A stretch of DNA of 64,000 nt, taken from assembly GCA_910584295.1 (NCBI GenBank), contig CAJTYR010000004.1, positions 41,496 to 105,495 of the forward strand. The letters are read 5' to 3'. Shown here piece by piece: positions 1 through 12,200 of the stretch. How positions within the stretch are numbered: position 1 is the first letter of the stretch; each line of letters begins with the position of its first letter. The position numbers and the translations under genes were made by a program. The DNA comes from an uncultured Christensenella sp. (GTDB lineage Bacteria; Bacillota; Clostridia; Christensenellales; UBA1242). The notes below the pieces were generated by a model. The model ran no database searches. It was given only the letters and a program-made list of their open reading frames with translations, and was not told the origin of the DNA.

Positions 1-2
1 CC

Positions 3-185
3 AACAGTTATAAAACTGCTTTGGGAGATTTCGGTATTAAAGACTTTGCTGTTTCTTATGATGGAAACATGAAGACTTATCTCAAGCAGAACAAGTTGGC
101 GGAAAGAGATCTTTATAAAATAGATCAATTTTTGAAGATTACATTGCCAAACTTTATCAGAAATTTCAGCGATATGATAAGATAG
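3..185 (+). CDS. 3' end of an upstream CDS (partial, product unknown)
   Basis: Frame 3 is open from the window edge (..NSYKTALGDFGIKDFAVSYDGNMKTYLKQNKLAERDLYKIDQFLKITLPNFIRNFSDMIR) to TAG at 183-185, directly abutting the gltX SD. No product recognised. Confidence 0.4.
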   Translation, partial: NSYKTALGDFGIKDFAVSYDGNMKTYLKQNKLAERDLYKIDQFLKITLPNFIRNFSDMIR

Positions 186-194
186 GAGAAACAA

Positions 195-1826
195 ATGGAT
201 TATCAAAAGCTTGCAGATTTGCTGTTTGCTGACAACAAATTGACAGCCACGGAAATTGAAAAAAAATATCCAAAAAGAAATTTGCCTGATGGAGCTCAGG
301 TTACTCGTTATGCTCCAAGCCCAACGGGTTTTATGCACCTTGGGAACTTTTTCCAAGCATTCATTTCTTCAACAGTTGCAAGAATGTCAAATGGGATTTT
401 CTATCTTCGAAATGAAGATACTGACAAAAAAAGAGAAGTTGAGGGTGCAAGTGCAGTGATCATGGGGATTTTGTTTGATTACGGCATTATGCCTGCTGAA
501 TACGAACTTAAAGGCGGAGTTACCGTTGGAAATTATGGTCCTTACTATCAAAGTGAAAGAGTTGAAATCTATAAAGCATATGCAAAAAAACTTGTGAGTG
601 AGGGCAAGGCTTTTCCATGTTTTTGTGATAAGGCAAGCGGGATTGGCGAAATAAAAGAGCAGAGAGAAAAGAAATTTGCTGTTGGTCTTTCAAATGATGA
701 CAAAGACCCATGCAGAAATTTGACATTTGAGCAAATTGAAAAGTTTGTCAAAGAAGGCAAAAAGTTTGCAATTCGTCTCAAGTCAAATGGAAATTCAAAA
801 AATAAGGTTGAGTTCTTTGATGTATTGAAAGGGAAAATCAGCATGGAAGAGAACTCAAAAGATGTGGTTATTCTTAAGAGCGATGGGCTTCCTCCATATC
901 ATTTTGCACATGCCATTGATGACACATTGATGGGGACAACGCTTGTTGTCCGTGGAGAAGAATGGCTTCCATCTACTCCAGTTCACATTGAAATATTCAA
1001 AGCACTTGGCTTTAAGCCAATGATATATTTGCATAATCCTCTAATCTGCATCAAAGAGGGCGAGAAAAAGAGAAAAGTTTCAAAAAGAAAAGATAAAGAG
1101 TTTGATATGCGTTTTTATGCGCAAGCGGGCTATCCAGTGGAAACTATTTGTGAATATATTATGAACTTAATCAATTCTGGTTTTGAAATGTGGCGAAAAA
1201 ACAATCCAAATCTTCCTTACACTGAATATCATTTCAAACCTCTCAACATCACCGCAAGTTCTCCGGTTTTGGATATGGACAAATTTAATGATATTTCAAA
1301 AGAGGTTATTTCAAAATATACAGCAGAAAAATGCTATGAGCTTCTTCTTGCGTGGGCGAGAGAATACTCTCGCGAAAATGTTGATTACCTTGTTAAAGAC
1401 AAAGATTATGTCACAAAAGTTTTAAACATTGACAGAGAAAAGCCAAAACCAAGAAAGGATATTTTCAAATGGAGCATGTTTTTCGATCTGTTTGATTATA
1501 TGTTTGGCAAGCCTCATTCTTATGAATTGGATGAAGATAAAAAATCTGATTTTTGTGAGGTGTTGAAGAATTACAAAAATTATCTTGATTTATCTTCCAA
1601 AGAGGCTTGGTTTGAGAATGTCAAAAAAATGGCAGGAGATCTCGGTTATGCAACAGATAACAAACTTTTTAAAGCAAATCCAGAAGCTTTCAAAGGAAAT
1701 GTTGCAACTGTTTGTGAATATATCAGAGTCGCTGTGACAGGAAGAAAAAATTCTCCAGATTTGTTTGAAATTATGACACTTTTGGGAAAAGAAGAAGTGC
1801 TTGAAAGAATTTCTTTATTTGTTTAA
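195..1826 (+). CDS. gltX: glutamate--tRNA ligase (GluRS)
   Basis: 543 aa with GGAG SD about 6 nt upstream. Class I aaRS signatures PSPTGFMHLGN (HIGH-type) and KVSKRK (KMSKS-type). GluRS core PPYHFAHAIDD...VVRGEEWL. Confidence 0.93.
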   Translation: MDYQKLADLLFADNKLTATEIEKKYPKRNLPDGAQVTRYAPSPTGFMHLGNFFQAFISSTVARMSNGIFYLRNEDTDKKREVEGASAVIMGILFDYGIMPAEYELKGGVTVGNYGPYYQSERVEIYKAYAKKLVSEGKAFPCFCDKASGIGEIKEQREKKFAVGLSNDDKDPCRNLTFEQIEKFVKEGKKFAIRLKSNGNSKNKVEFFDVLKGKISMEENSKDVVILKSDGLPPYHFAHAIDDTLMGTTLVVRGEEWLPSTPVHIEIFKALGFKPMIYLHNPLICIKEGEKKRKVSKRKDKEFDMRFYAQAGYPVETICEYIMNLINSGFEMWRKNNPNLPYTEYHFKPLNITASSPVLDMDKFNDISKEVISKYTAEKCYELLLAWAREYSRENVDYLVKDKDYVTKVLNIDREKPKPRKDIFKWSMFFDLFDYMFGKPHSYELDEDKKSDFCEVLKNYKNYLDLSSKEAWFENVKKMAGDLGYATDNKLFKANPEAFKGNVATVCEYIRVAVTGRKNSPDLFEIMTLLGKEEVLERISLFV

Positions 1827-1999
1827 AAAAAAATAAATAAAATTAATAAATAAATGTTAATTAATTTTTAATAATTAAATTAAAAATAAACATATAAAAT
1901 ATTTTTCCTTCGATAAATAGGGATTTTCAGGCATTTTTAATAATTATTTAATTAAAAAATTAATTATTTAAAAAAATATTTATTTTTTGGAGAAATATT

Positions 2000-2992
2000 A
2001 TGAAAAAAAGAATTTTAACAGGAATAAAACCCACTGGTTATGCTCATTTGGGCAATTATTTTGGTGCAATAAAACCTGCGATTGAATTAAGCAAAGAAAA
2101 TGATTTTGAATGTTTTTATTTTATTGCTGACTATCATGCGCTTACAACGCTTAAAACCAAAGAAGAAATGGATGAATATTCATACAACATTGCGTGTACA
2201 TGGCTTGCATGTGGACTAGACCCAAACAAAATTGTTTTCTATCGGCAATCAGACATTCCAGAGGTTTTTGAACTTAATTGGATTTTAAGCAATGTGACCC
2301 CAAAGGGGCTGATGAACAGGGCTCATGCATATAAAGCAATTGTTGAAAAAAATGATGAAGAAGGTCAAGAAAAAGACTTTGGTGTAAACATGGGGCTTTA
2401 CAACTATCCAATTTTGATGGCTGCAGACATTTTGCTTTTCAAAAGCAATCTTGTTCCTGTTGGACTTGATCAAAAGCAACATATTGAAATTGCAAGAGAT
2501 ATTGCAAGCAGTTTCAACAACAAATATGGAAACACTTTTGTCTTGCCAGAAGATTACATTCAAGAAAATGTTGCAACTCTTGTTGGACTTGATGGCAGAA
2601 AAATGAGCAAAAGTTATGGAAATCAAATTCAACTTTTCACGCAAGAGAATGTTTTGAAGAAAAGCATAAACAAAATCGTCACAGATTGCAAGCTTCCTGG
2701 AGAGCCAAAGGATGTTGATTGCACGGTGAATAAACTTTATAAACTTTTTGCAACGAAAGAAAAAGCTCAGGATTTTGAAGAAAGATTGAAAGGTGGGCTT
2801 GCTTGGGGTGAGGCAAAAAAAGAACTTTTTGAAGTTGCAAATGAGTTTATTAAACCTATGAGAGAAAAATTTTTCTATTATCAAGAGCATAAAGATGAGG
2901 TTGACAAAATCTTGCTTGCTGGGGCAGAGAAGGCAAGACCTATTGCAAAAGATGTCCTCTCAAGGGTTAGAAAAGCGATTGGCGTTAAATAA
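2000..2992 (+). CDS. trpS: tryptophan--tRNA ligase (TrpRS)
   Basis: 330 aa with GGAG SD. GIKPTGYAHLGNY (HIGH-type) and a literal KMSKS. Size and N-terminal pattern are typical of TrpRS. Confidence 0.93.
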   Translation: MKKRILTGIKPTGYAHLGNYFGAIKPAIELSKENDFECFYFIADYHALTTLKTKEEMDEYSYNIACTWLACGLDPNKIVFYRQSDIPEVFELNWILSNVTPKGLMNRAHAYKAIVEKNDEEGQEKDFGVNMGLYNYPILMAADILLFKSNLVPVGLDQKQHIEIARDIASSFNNKYGNTFVLPEDYIQENVATLVGLDGRKMSKSYGNQIQLFTQENVLKKSINKIVTDCKLPGEPKDVDCTVNKLYKLFATKEKAQDFEERLKGGLAWGEAKKELFEVANEFIKPMREKFFYYQEHKDEVDKILLAGAEKARPIAKDVLSRVRKAIGVK

Positions 2993-3017
2993 AAAGTGCA
3001 TACGTATGCACTTTTTT
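2992..3017 (+). terminator. rho-independent terminator after trpS
   Basis: Perfect palindrome GTGCATAC/GTATGCAC (2996-3011), flanked by an A-run upstream and TTTTTT downstream. Confidence 0.8.
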
Positions 3018-3158
3018 GTTGTTTTGGGCTGTTTTTATGACAAAATAAGAAAAAATAAAATGTTTTTTATGCTTATTTATAACCAAATTTTTGGTCTAAA
3101 GTTGGTTAAAAGTTTAAAGAATATATATATTAAAATATATATATTTTTTTATATTCAT

Positions 3159-3188
3159 TTGCATAAGTGATTGGGTTTATTGTAAAAT
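3159..3188 (+). promoter_or_regulatory. candidate sigma-A promoter of the 6,090-codon gene
   Basis: TTGCAT (3159-3164), 18 nt spacer, TAAAAT (3183-3188), about 44 nt before the ATG. Preceded by TA-repeat palindromes at about 3119-3147. Confidence 0.4.
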
Positions 3189-3231
3189 AAAGTTGAAGAA
3201 GTCTATGTGAATGTAGGCGAGGAGAAGTCAA

Positions 3232-6200
3232 ATGAAGAAGAAGTCCATTTTCCTATTTTTGTCGATGATTGTTTTGGGAGTATGCAGTGCTCTCGGATTT
3301 TTTAATATTAAGAGTGAGCAAGTGCATGCTGAAAGTTCTGTTTATGAAGGAAGCACAACTGCAAGTGTGTGGGAGGGGACTTGTGAGAACGAAGTTGATG
3401 AGACTGATTTCTTTACGATTTCTGCAACAAAAGAACATCACATTTTGACTGCTCGAGGATTTGGATTTTTTGCACAAAGGGTTACATCTGGACTTTACCC
3501 TTTCATTGACGAAAAAGTTTTTCTTGATTGTGACATTGATTTGGCAAAACATGAATGGAAACCAATTGGCTATGACGATGGACATTCTTTCAAAGGCACC
3601 TTTGATGGACAAGGACACTCAATTTACAATTTAAAAATTTCGCAAAAGACATCTGACTATGCTGGACTTTTTGGTTTTGCAACAGGTTCAATTTCAAACC
3701 TTTGTTTAAAAAATGTTGACATTGAAGTTGATGGAGCGAGAAGTGTAGGCGCTTTGGCAGGAAATTTGACAGGGAATGTTTACAGCAACATTTCAGTTTC
3801 TGGGGAGATTGTTGCAAATGGTGCAACGTATGTTGGTGGTGTGATTGGAGAAAGTTCAACTTCTGCGCTTCGTAACATTTCAAATATAATGTCAGATGTT
3901 GTGATTTCTGCAACTTGCAGTGGCACAGGCAGTGCTGTGGGTGGTGTGTTTGGAAGATATGCTGTCGGAAATGGTGTCATCGAAAATGTTGCATTCAAAG
4001 GGAGTATCACAAAAACAACTGCAACTTATGCTGCAGGAATTCTTGGGCAACTTGATGCGTTTTCAAATTTGAGAAATTCATACAATGTTGGCTCAGTTTC
4101 CAATTCTGGTGTAAACACTGCAGGTTTGGTTGGTTATGTGAATGGAACATCAAGTGGAAATAACAAATTATCAAATCTTTACAATGCTGGCGAATTGACT
4201 TGGCAAAATGGAAATGTAGCAGGTGTTTACACTTCTGGTCTTTTTGGACTTTTTGCTGGAGGAAAAACTTTTAATGTTGTAAATTGTGTTAATTTGGATC
4301 GTCGACAAATTTTAAGTGGAGATTCACAAAACTTTCCTCTTTACAGAAATGCAAATAATGCCACAATCAATGCAACTGGCACAAAATTTGCTGTGGATCA
4401 ATTTGCGACAAATTTGAAGGATGCGCAAAACTCTGTTCGTGGACTTGCTGACATGGCACGAAACAAAGGGGTTTATTCAAACACTGAAATTTTCCCTGAC
4501 ATGAGTGCAATTTGGGATTTTGAAAATGTTTGGGAAATTTCTTCTGGAATTAATGGTGGATTGCCATATCTTCTTTCAACTCAAAATTTGGGACTTGCAA
4601 ACAACGATCAGCAAGAGGTCTCAAGTTTGAAGGGCGAAGGGACTTTTGAAAATCCATTTTTGATTGAGACGGCTGCTGACCTTGGATTTTTGTCATCTCA
4701 TTATGTTGGAGGCAACAACAATGGTGCTGAAGAGTGGAGAGGGAAATATTATTCTCTCCAAAACGATATTGATTTGACTGGCAAGAATTGGCAACCAATT
4801 GGTTATTCAACTGACAGTGCATTTACTGGTGTGTTTGATGGGAACGGACATGCAATTGTTGGAATGACATGCTCTTTGCAATTTAAATATTCCTATCATG
4901 GTCTTTTTGGTGTGACAGATGGTGCGGTCATCAAAAATCTTGAAATCAGAGATCCAAGATTTATCAATGGCGGAGCTGAAGATAACATCGTTGGAGCATT
5001 GGTTGGCTATGCTGCTGGAAATACATACATTGTCAATTGCAAAGTGCCAGTGAAGTTTGATGAGCAAGATTTGAGTGCGGTTGGGAAAGCAGATAATGGC
5101 ACTCTAACAATTGCTTATGGAAAAAATAACCTTGTTGGAAATGAATTGACAACGCTTGCTGTTCCTTCAAACGCAACAACCACTTATGATGTTGAAGTTG
5201 AAGGCAATGGCGGAACTTTCTATGATGAGAAAGGAAAAGTTGTCAGAGGTTCTTATCATGTGATTGTTGGGGAAGGCGGAAATATTATTGAGCAAAGCAT
5301 TGATGCTGGCTTTAAAAAAGAACTCCCTTCACTTTCTGAAAAATTTGGTTCTGATGAAAAACCTAATGCTTGCACTTTGATTAGACGAGGTTATAAACTT
5401 CAAGATTTCATAGTTGGCGGAAACAAAGTTGCAGACATTGGAGCAACCTCAGTTAGTGCGTCAAATATGGCGGATTTGATTTCTGGAATTATTGCAAACT
5501 ACGGAAAACAAAACTCGAAAAATGTTCAAGTGGTCTACAATCAATATGAGGTTGAAAACTTTGGAGCAACATCTTCAAATGATTATTTGAGAAGTGAAGA
5601 ATTTGAAGTTGAGTATGACTCAATTTTAAGTCTTGACTATCCACAAATTTTCAGAAAGGATGTAAAAAAAGATAGTGATGATCTTCTTCGTGGAACGGGC
5701 TTCTCAATTGCTGGTTTCTATTTCAGAACAACGGAAGAGGGGTTGTTTGGCAAAGAAGTTGATGAAACCGCTTTTGCCAATGATACATCTTTGCCTAACC
5801 CAACAAGTGAAGTATATGTCAAATGGGTTGGAAATACTGAAACTAAATATCAACTGAAAGTTGTGCTTGGCAAGGCTGACAATGTTGTGCTTGGCAAATT
5901 CAATCTTTTGGATGCGATTGAAAGTGTATCTTTGCAATCATGGGGAGATCAAGGAACAGAATTTAACAAAAGTGCAACTCTTCAAGAAGAAAATGGAAAA
6001 GTTATTGTTTCTTTTGATTTTGACAGCACTCACAGTGACATGGCAGATAATGGTGTTAAGCTTTCAGTTAAACTTAAAGGTGGCTATGAATTTTCACAAA
6101 ATGTTTTGATTTCAGATTTTGATGGAGAGCATGATTTCGGTCATTTGGCATTTGGAAGTTCAAATGCTTCAAACATTGTCAATGGAGAGCCGAAAGCTTT

Positions 6201-9200
6201 CAATGAATCTGTTTTAAGCGATGGTTTGATTTTGCGAAATCTTGTTGGAGAATATACCATCAACATCACACTACAAAGAAAAACTTTCACCACAGCGACA
6301 AATGTAAGCTCTGAAGAAGTTTTCTTTGCAATTGCTCCAAACATTCCAAATGTTGAAGCGATTGAAATTTATCCAAATGGTTTTGGCGGAGACCCAAGCG
6401 TTGCAAATCCAACAACAAAACTTTTGGAGAATGAAACCTATCTTGGTTTTGATGCAATCAATCAAAAGTTTGTTTCAGGCTTGGCGTCAGTTGGCTCTGA
6501 AGAAAATCCAAGCGGAGTTGCGTTTGATTTTAATTTGACAGGTTATGATGAAATTTTGCTTGGATATAGATTCCGACAAGACGGAAATTTGATGACAAGG
6601 TATTTCAAAATTGTAAAAGAAATAAATGATGCAAGCGTTGATCAAAGATATGCTTATTCATATTTTGAAGCGGTATATGAAAATGGCGAATGGAAAAATA
6701 TTGACCTTATTGCAAAACTTTATGTTTCAGCAAATGGCGATGCAACAAGCTTAACATATCTTATGGCTTCAGAGTTTTCGATTATTGGCTCTGTGAAAGA
6801 CAACATCTCTGACACTGTGATTTCCAAAGACGGATATGATGACTTTGGAGATGGTGGTGAACTGGATGGAAAAGAAAATGCAAACACTGAGATCTTGGTG
6901 ATGGAAGAAAGTGGGCTTAAGAAACTTCGTCACGACATCAAGATTGAAAAGGTTATGGGCAAATTTTCCAGCCAAATTGGATTTACTGCAACTGCAACAA
7001 CTGACACAAAAATCACACTGATTTCAAAATATACAAAAGTTTCCATTGATTTGAAATTTGTTGAGTATGTTAATGGAGAAAAAAGAGAAATTGTTGGAGA
7101 ATACGCTCCAAAAGTCATTCTTGAAAATGGAACAAATTATCAGCTTCCAGCTGGAGAAGAAAATCAATCAATTCCATTCAAATTTGTTTCATCAGATTTT
7201 TATAGGCTTCATGAGAGCAAGTTTGATGACAGATTGTCTGTTGTTTTGAGTGATGGAATTGATCCAAACATCTTGATTACAGCGGAGACGGTTGCTCTTG
7301 AAAATGGAGAGACGGATAATGGTGCAAGTTGGAAGGCAACTTTCAATGCGACAAACTCAAATTATTTTGGAGGAAGTTGGATTGTCAAGAAGGACGCGGT
7401 TAAAGAGAACAAAAGTAACCAAGATAATTATGACACATACACCTTTTCCATTATTTTTGGTGGAACTGGAAGACAGCCTATCCGTGCAGGACGATATTTG
7501 GTTGAAATCATTTGCGATCAAATTGAATATGCTTTAAATTTTGATACCAAATTTGTTCAATATAAGCAAGATGGAAAGTATACAAAAAAAGATTTTACTA
7601 CAGAAAGTGGAAATGGTGCACCTTCTGCACATGCTTCAGTTAAAGCACATGGTTCAGCTGATGAAAATTATGAAATGATTGAATCTGGTTTTGACAGGTT
7701 GTCGTACAATTCTGATTTGAAAATGGAAACAGGACTTGGGGCTGTCAGTGCATATTCATTTTTTGACTGGTATGTGGAAGGTGAACTTTGGTCAGGCTTC
7801 TTAAGTGAAATAAATAGAGAGTGGGGAAGAGAAGAAGCTTTTGAATTTTCTTATTCACAAATTTATGACTATTTTTCAACTGAAGTTTTGAATGTAAACA
7901 AACCGAAAGACTATACATTAAGTTTAAGTGCGATTTATGTAAGAAAAGAAATTCACATAAGTTTTCCAAGCACAGATGGAAGAGTTTCAGTTGCTGGACA
8001 AGATGTCTATGTGACTGCAAGAAGTTTGGGACTTGAAATATCAGTTTCTTCACTTGATTATTCCTATGCCTATGAGACTTCAATTTCAGATGATGTAAAT
8101 TGGAATCTTAACTTTGCAAAATCAGGGACAAATGGCGACTCTTACTATTTCAGTGGATTTATTGTTTTAAATGCATCAAATGCTGTTGTTAAGCGTGTTG
8201 ATGTTGCAAGTGAAAGTGGTGCATTCACGGATGCAGGAGTGTTTAAAAACAACTACTCAATAAAAAGTTTTGTTATTGATAAACTTGAAAATGATGAAAC
8301 TCTTCTTTCTTCAACATCTTACACGATTGTTCCTATGGTGACGAGAAAAACCGCAAACTTGTTTGTTGTTTCTGGAACGGGAAATGGAATTGATGGAGCC
8401 TTTACTGATGGTAAAAACGGCGATGTATTCTATCGTGATGGTGACAACAAGATCTCAACGACAAACACAATTGTTGAAATTGGGAATGTCAATGTTGGAG
8501 ACACGCTCTATTTGAATTTTGAAATTGACGCAAAAGTTGATGGTGGATTGAGAAGTGTTGTTGTTGACAGATTGTTTGCAGAAAGAACAGGTTACTCTGC
8601 ACCAGCAAATGGATATTGGAGTTGGTCAAACGGAGCGCAGTCGGGACAACTTAATGGTTCTCAACTTTACATTGCAAGCTCATATTTTGATGGCACAAGT
8701 GAAGATAATACTTCAATTAATCTCGTGGTCTATAAGACTTGGATTGCAAATTCTTACACCATAACCTTTGCAAGAAATCAAGGAATGTTTGGTGGAGACA
8801 ATGCCTCAAACGAAAATTTGACTGTGACAGTTTATTATGATTCAAAAGTTGAAAATGCTCTTACAAGTGATGACATCTCAAGGATTGGACATTCTCTTTC
8901 TGGTTGGACATATGAGATGGACAACAATGATCAAATTGTCTTTGATGCAGACGGACAAACTTTGGGACTGGAAGGTGTTTTTGACGCAGAGGGGAATTAT
9001 GTCTCAACAGGAAATCTTTATGTATATGCTTTGTGGACACCTAAAAACTATGTGGTTCAACTTGTGACAAATGGTGCGAACACAATTGCTGGAGAGGATG
9101 CGGGAGAAACTCTTGAGTTTGAAATCGCATATGGATCAACATTTGCTGATGCTTTCGAAAAACTTGGACTTTCTGGTGGTGATAATTCGCCAGTGCGTGA

Positions 9201-12200
9201 AGGTTTCACATTCAATGAGATATATGCCAATGGGGCTTATAGACAAACAATTACTTCAAACACAATTTTCAGTGAGACGCTGCCAAGTTGTTTGTTGAAA
9301 GAAGACGGAAGTGCATCCATAGTTCTTTACATAGATTGGAAATTTGACAAAACATATGTGGATTTGAGTTTTGAAAACAGTCAAATTTCTAGGACATACA
9401 CAGCAAATGAAATTTCAATCTTCTTGGCGGAGTATTTCAAGGCCGGCTTTAATGCAAAGGGTTATGTTATTGAAGTTGTTGACGATCAAACTATTTCAAT
9501 TTCCATGAAAGATGAAACCCACACAAGTGTGACTGTTGAACTTGTTTCAAGCTCTCTTGAGGTTTCTGGAAATTCATCATTCGAAGTGAGAAATGTTGGA
9601 AGATATAATGTTTCTTTGGTTTTGACAATTGTTGATGATATTGGTGCTGGGGAAGCTTTATACAGTCAAACAATAAACTTGTTTGCACAAGTTGAAGCGG
9701 CAAACCTTTCAGGCATGTTGGATGGTGACAATGAGGGGGTTTGGCTTGCAAATGTCAAGAGACTTATGGCAGACTTTGTTTCAGATGATACTCAAGCAAG
9801 GCTTGAAAATTGCTATACTTTCACCGCATTTGTAAACAACATTGCAAAAAGCATGGACAATACAATTCCATCCAATGTGACAAACAAGCAGGTCTATGAA
9901 TTTGTTGCTTATAAATATTATTACATGATTACTTCAGCACAATACTCTCGCTTCAAGCAAATGACTTATGCAGATTTTGTGAAAGTAAAAGAAGAAAATG
10001 GCGTAGATGTTGAAAATGTTCTTGAAAGAGTTAATTTCTTCGACTTCTTTGATCATAAGTCAGAAGGCGTGAAAACAATTTCAATGTATAACAGCAGCAT
10101 TCAACTTACATCTTCAACTGTTGAAAATCCAAATGCGGAAGTTTTGATTGACAGAGTTGAGATTGTGGCAGACTCTATCAATGTGGATTCAATGTATTAT
10201 TTCAGAGCAGTTATCAAAAACTCGGGTGAAGATAGCAATTTAAATAATTATGCTTTGAGTTTTGATGAGAATGGTGAGGCTTACATATATTTGGGCAGAA
10301 TTTATATAATGCCAGAACTCTTTCTTATTGAGAGTGAAACAAAAAACAATTCAACATATTACAATGCAAATGTTCTTAATGTGACTGCTCCATGGCAAGA
10401 TGGAAGAATTGCTTGTGATGTGGAAAACTTTGAAGAGTATTTCAAAATTGACGAAAATCTTTTCGCTCGAGCAAATCTCTTCACTTCAAATCTTGGAAAT
10501 GAGAGAATTGACACAGATTTCAATTTCCTTTCTTCTGACAATTTCCTCTATTTCGATAATTTGTCGGTTTATGAAAAAACCTTTGTCGAAGAAGAAATTG
10601 TTATGGTTGATGTGACAAACAAATTTAAATTTGTTCTTGACAAAAATTATGTCTTTACAATCCTTAATATTGATGGTGTGGCATCTATTGAAATCTCGGC
10701 AAAATATCTGTCCTATATTGATGGGTTCATGACCTTTGCAGACTTGCCAGCATCATCTCCAAACGATTTGCTTAAGATCACTCAAGTGACTTATGATTTT
10801 GGAGGAGGTGTAAAGAGAATTGCAAATTCAACTGATGGATTGCAAGAAAGAGCATACGAGGAAGATGGAAACATAATATGTCAGGTTGAGAAAAACAACT
10901 GCAATACGGTTTCAATCATCTTGTCAAAATTTGCAAAATCTGTCACAGTTATGACAAACGAAAAATCGCTGACAGAATATATTGCACTTTATAAATGGGC
11001 AGACAATCCAACCTACAATATTGATGGAACAATGGAAAACAATACGAGTTTCACAATCAACAAGGACTCTTTGGAAGAAAGTGAAGGTGGGCTTTCAACT
11101 TACAATTTCTATGCAGTTTACACAGACATGGTTTTGGTGAATTATAATCTTAATTTCCCAAGCAACTATGGAACATCTTCTCCAACAACTTCTTGGTTGA
11201 AATTGGGAGAGTCAACAATAGACGAACTTTTGCTTCCAAATGAAAGTGGATTCAAACTTGCAACTTTGACATTGACAAAGACAAAAGAGTCTTATGAAAG
11301 TATTTTTGACAATGTCGATGGAAAGTTTAAGGGGCTTCTTCCAACTGATAGACACGCAAAAGTTGAACTTGAAGCAAAGTGGCAAATCGAAGAGATGAAT
11401 TATGAGCAGACGCTCACAGAATACAGAACAAGTGTCTATGGCTTTGATTATTTGGCGGTTTCCAGTGTTGTCAACATATACAACAAAAATGACAATTTGT
11501 TTAACTACTCTTATGAATGGTTTAAGGGAGAAAAACTTCTCTCAAAACTTGAAAGATTTTCTCTTGAAGGAAATGGAACAATTGAGGAAAGTGGGACTTA
11601 CAGGCTTGTTGTAACAGCAAATGTCAAGAAAGAATTTTTGTCAACTGCTCTTGTCAATAGTGAAGGAGCGACAAGTTCTTTCGAGGTTTCATTCGACCTA
11701 GAATTCATCAAAAACAAATTGCTCTCAATCACTTTTGCTGGCGAAAATCATTTTGAATATGACAGCACAAACCATATGAACGGCTGGCATGTATCCATTG
11801 AATATGCGGTTTATGACCCAACAACGGAAAGTTATTCAGAAAATCCAAGTTATGCAATTGAATATTTTGCAGCAGCAAAGAATCTTGATTTCCTTATCAA
11901 GAGAAATGGGCAGACAACTTCAACAATGAAGGATGCTGGAACCTACATCATTTCTGCAACTGGAAAAGAAGATGTTTATTCAAATGCTGTGGAATTTGGA
12001 AAGGTGGAATTTGAGGTTGTAGTCAGCCCTTATGAAGTTGAACTTTCTGAACTTGAAATCAGATTTAAGCGTTATTTCAATGGACAAGAAATTAATCTTT
12101 CAAAAGAACATTATCTTGCAAACGAGAATGTTACTCTAAACTTTGAAAGACAATCGGGTGAGGATGTTGGAGTTTATGCTCTCATGCTTTCAAGCATTTC

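Noticed and set aside
1827-1999. T-box riboswitch upstream of trpS (also checked 42754-42864 upstream of argS and 1-194 upstream of gltX).
   Set aside because: The leaders are too short and/or almost pure A/T. No specifier-loop or T-box (..GGUGGUACCGCG..) sequence is visible.
5860-5897. 14-nt direct repeat GTTGTGCTTGGCAA, 24 nt apart (encoding VVLGKADN/VVLGKFN), inside the giant gene.
   Set aside because: It is a small in-frame duplication with no evidence of variability, which is expected noise in a repetitive 18-kb gene.
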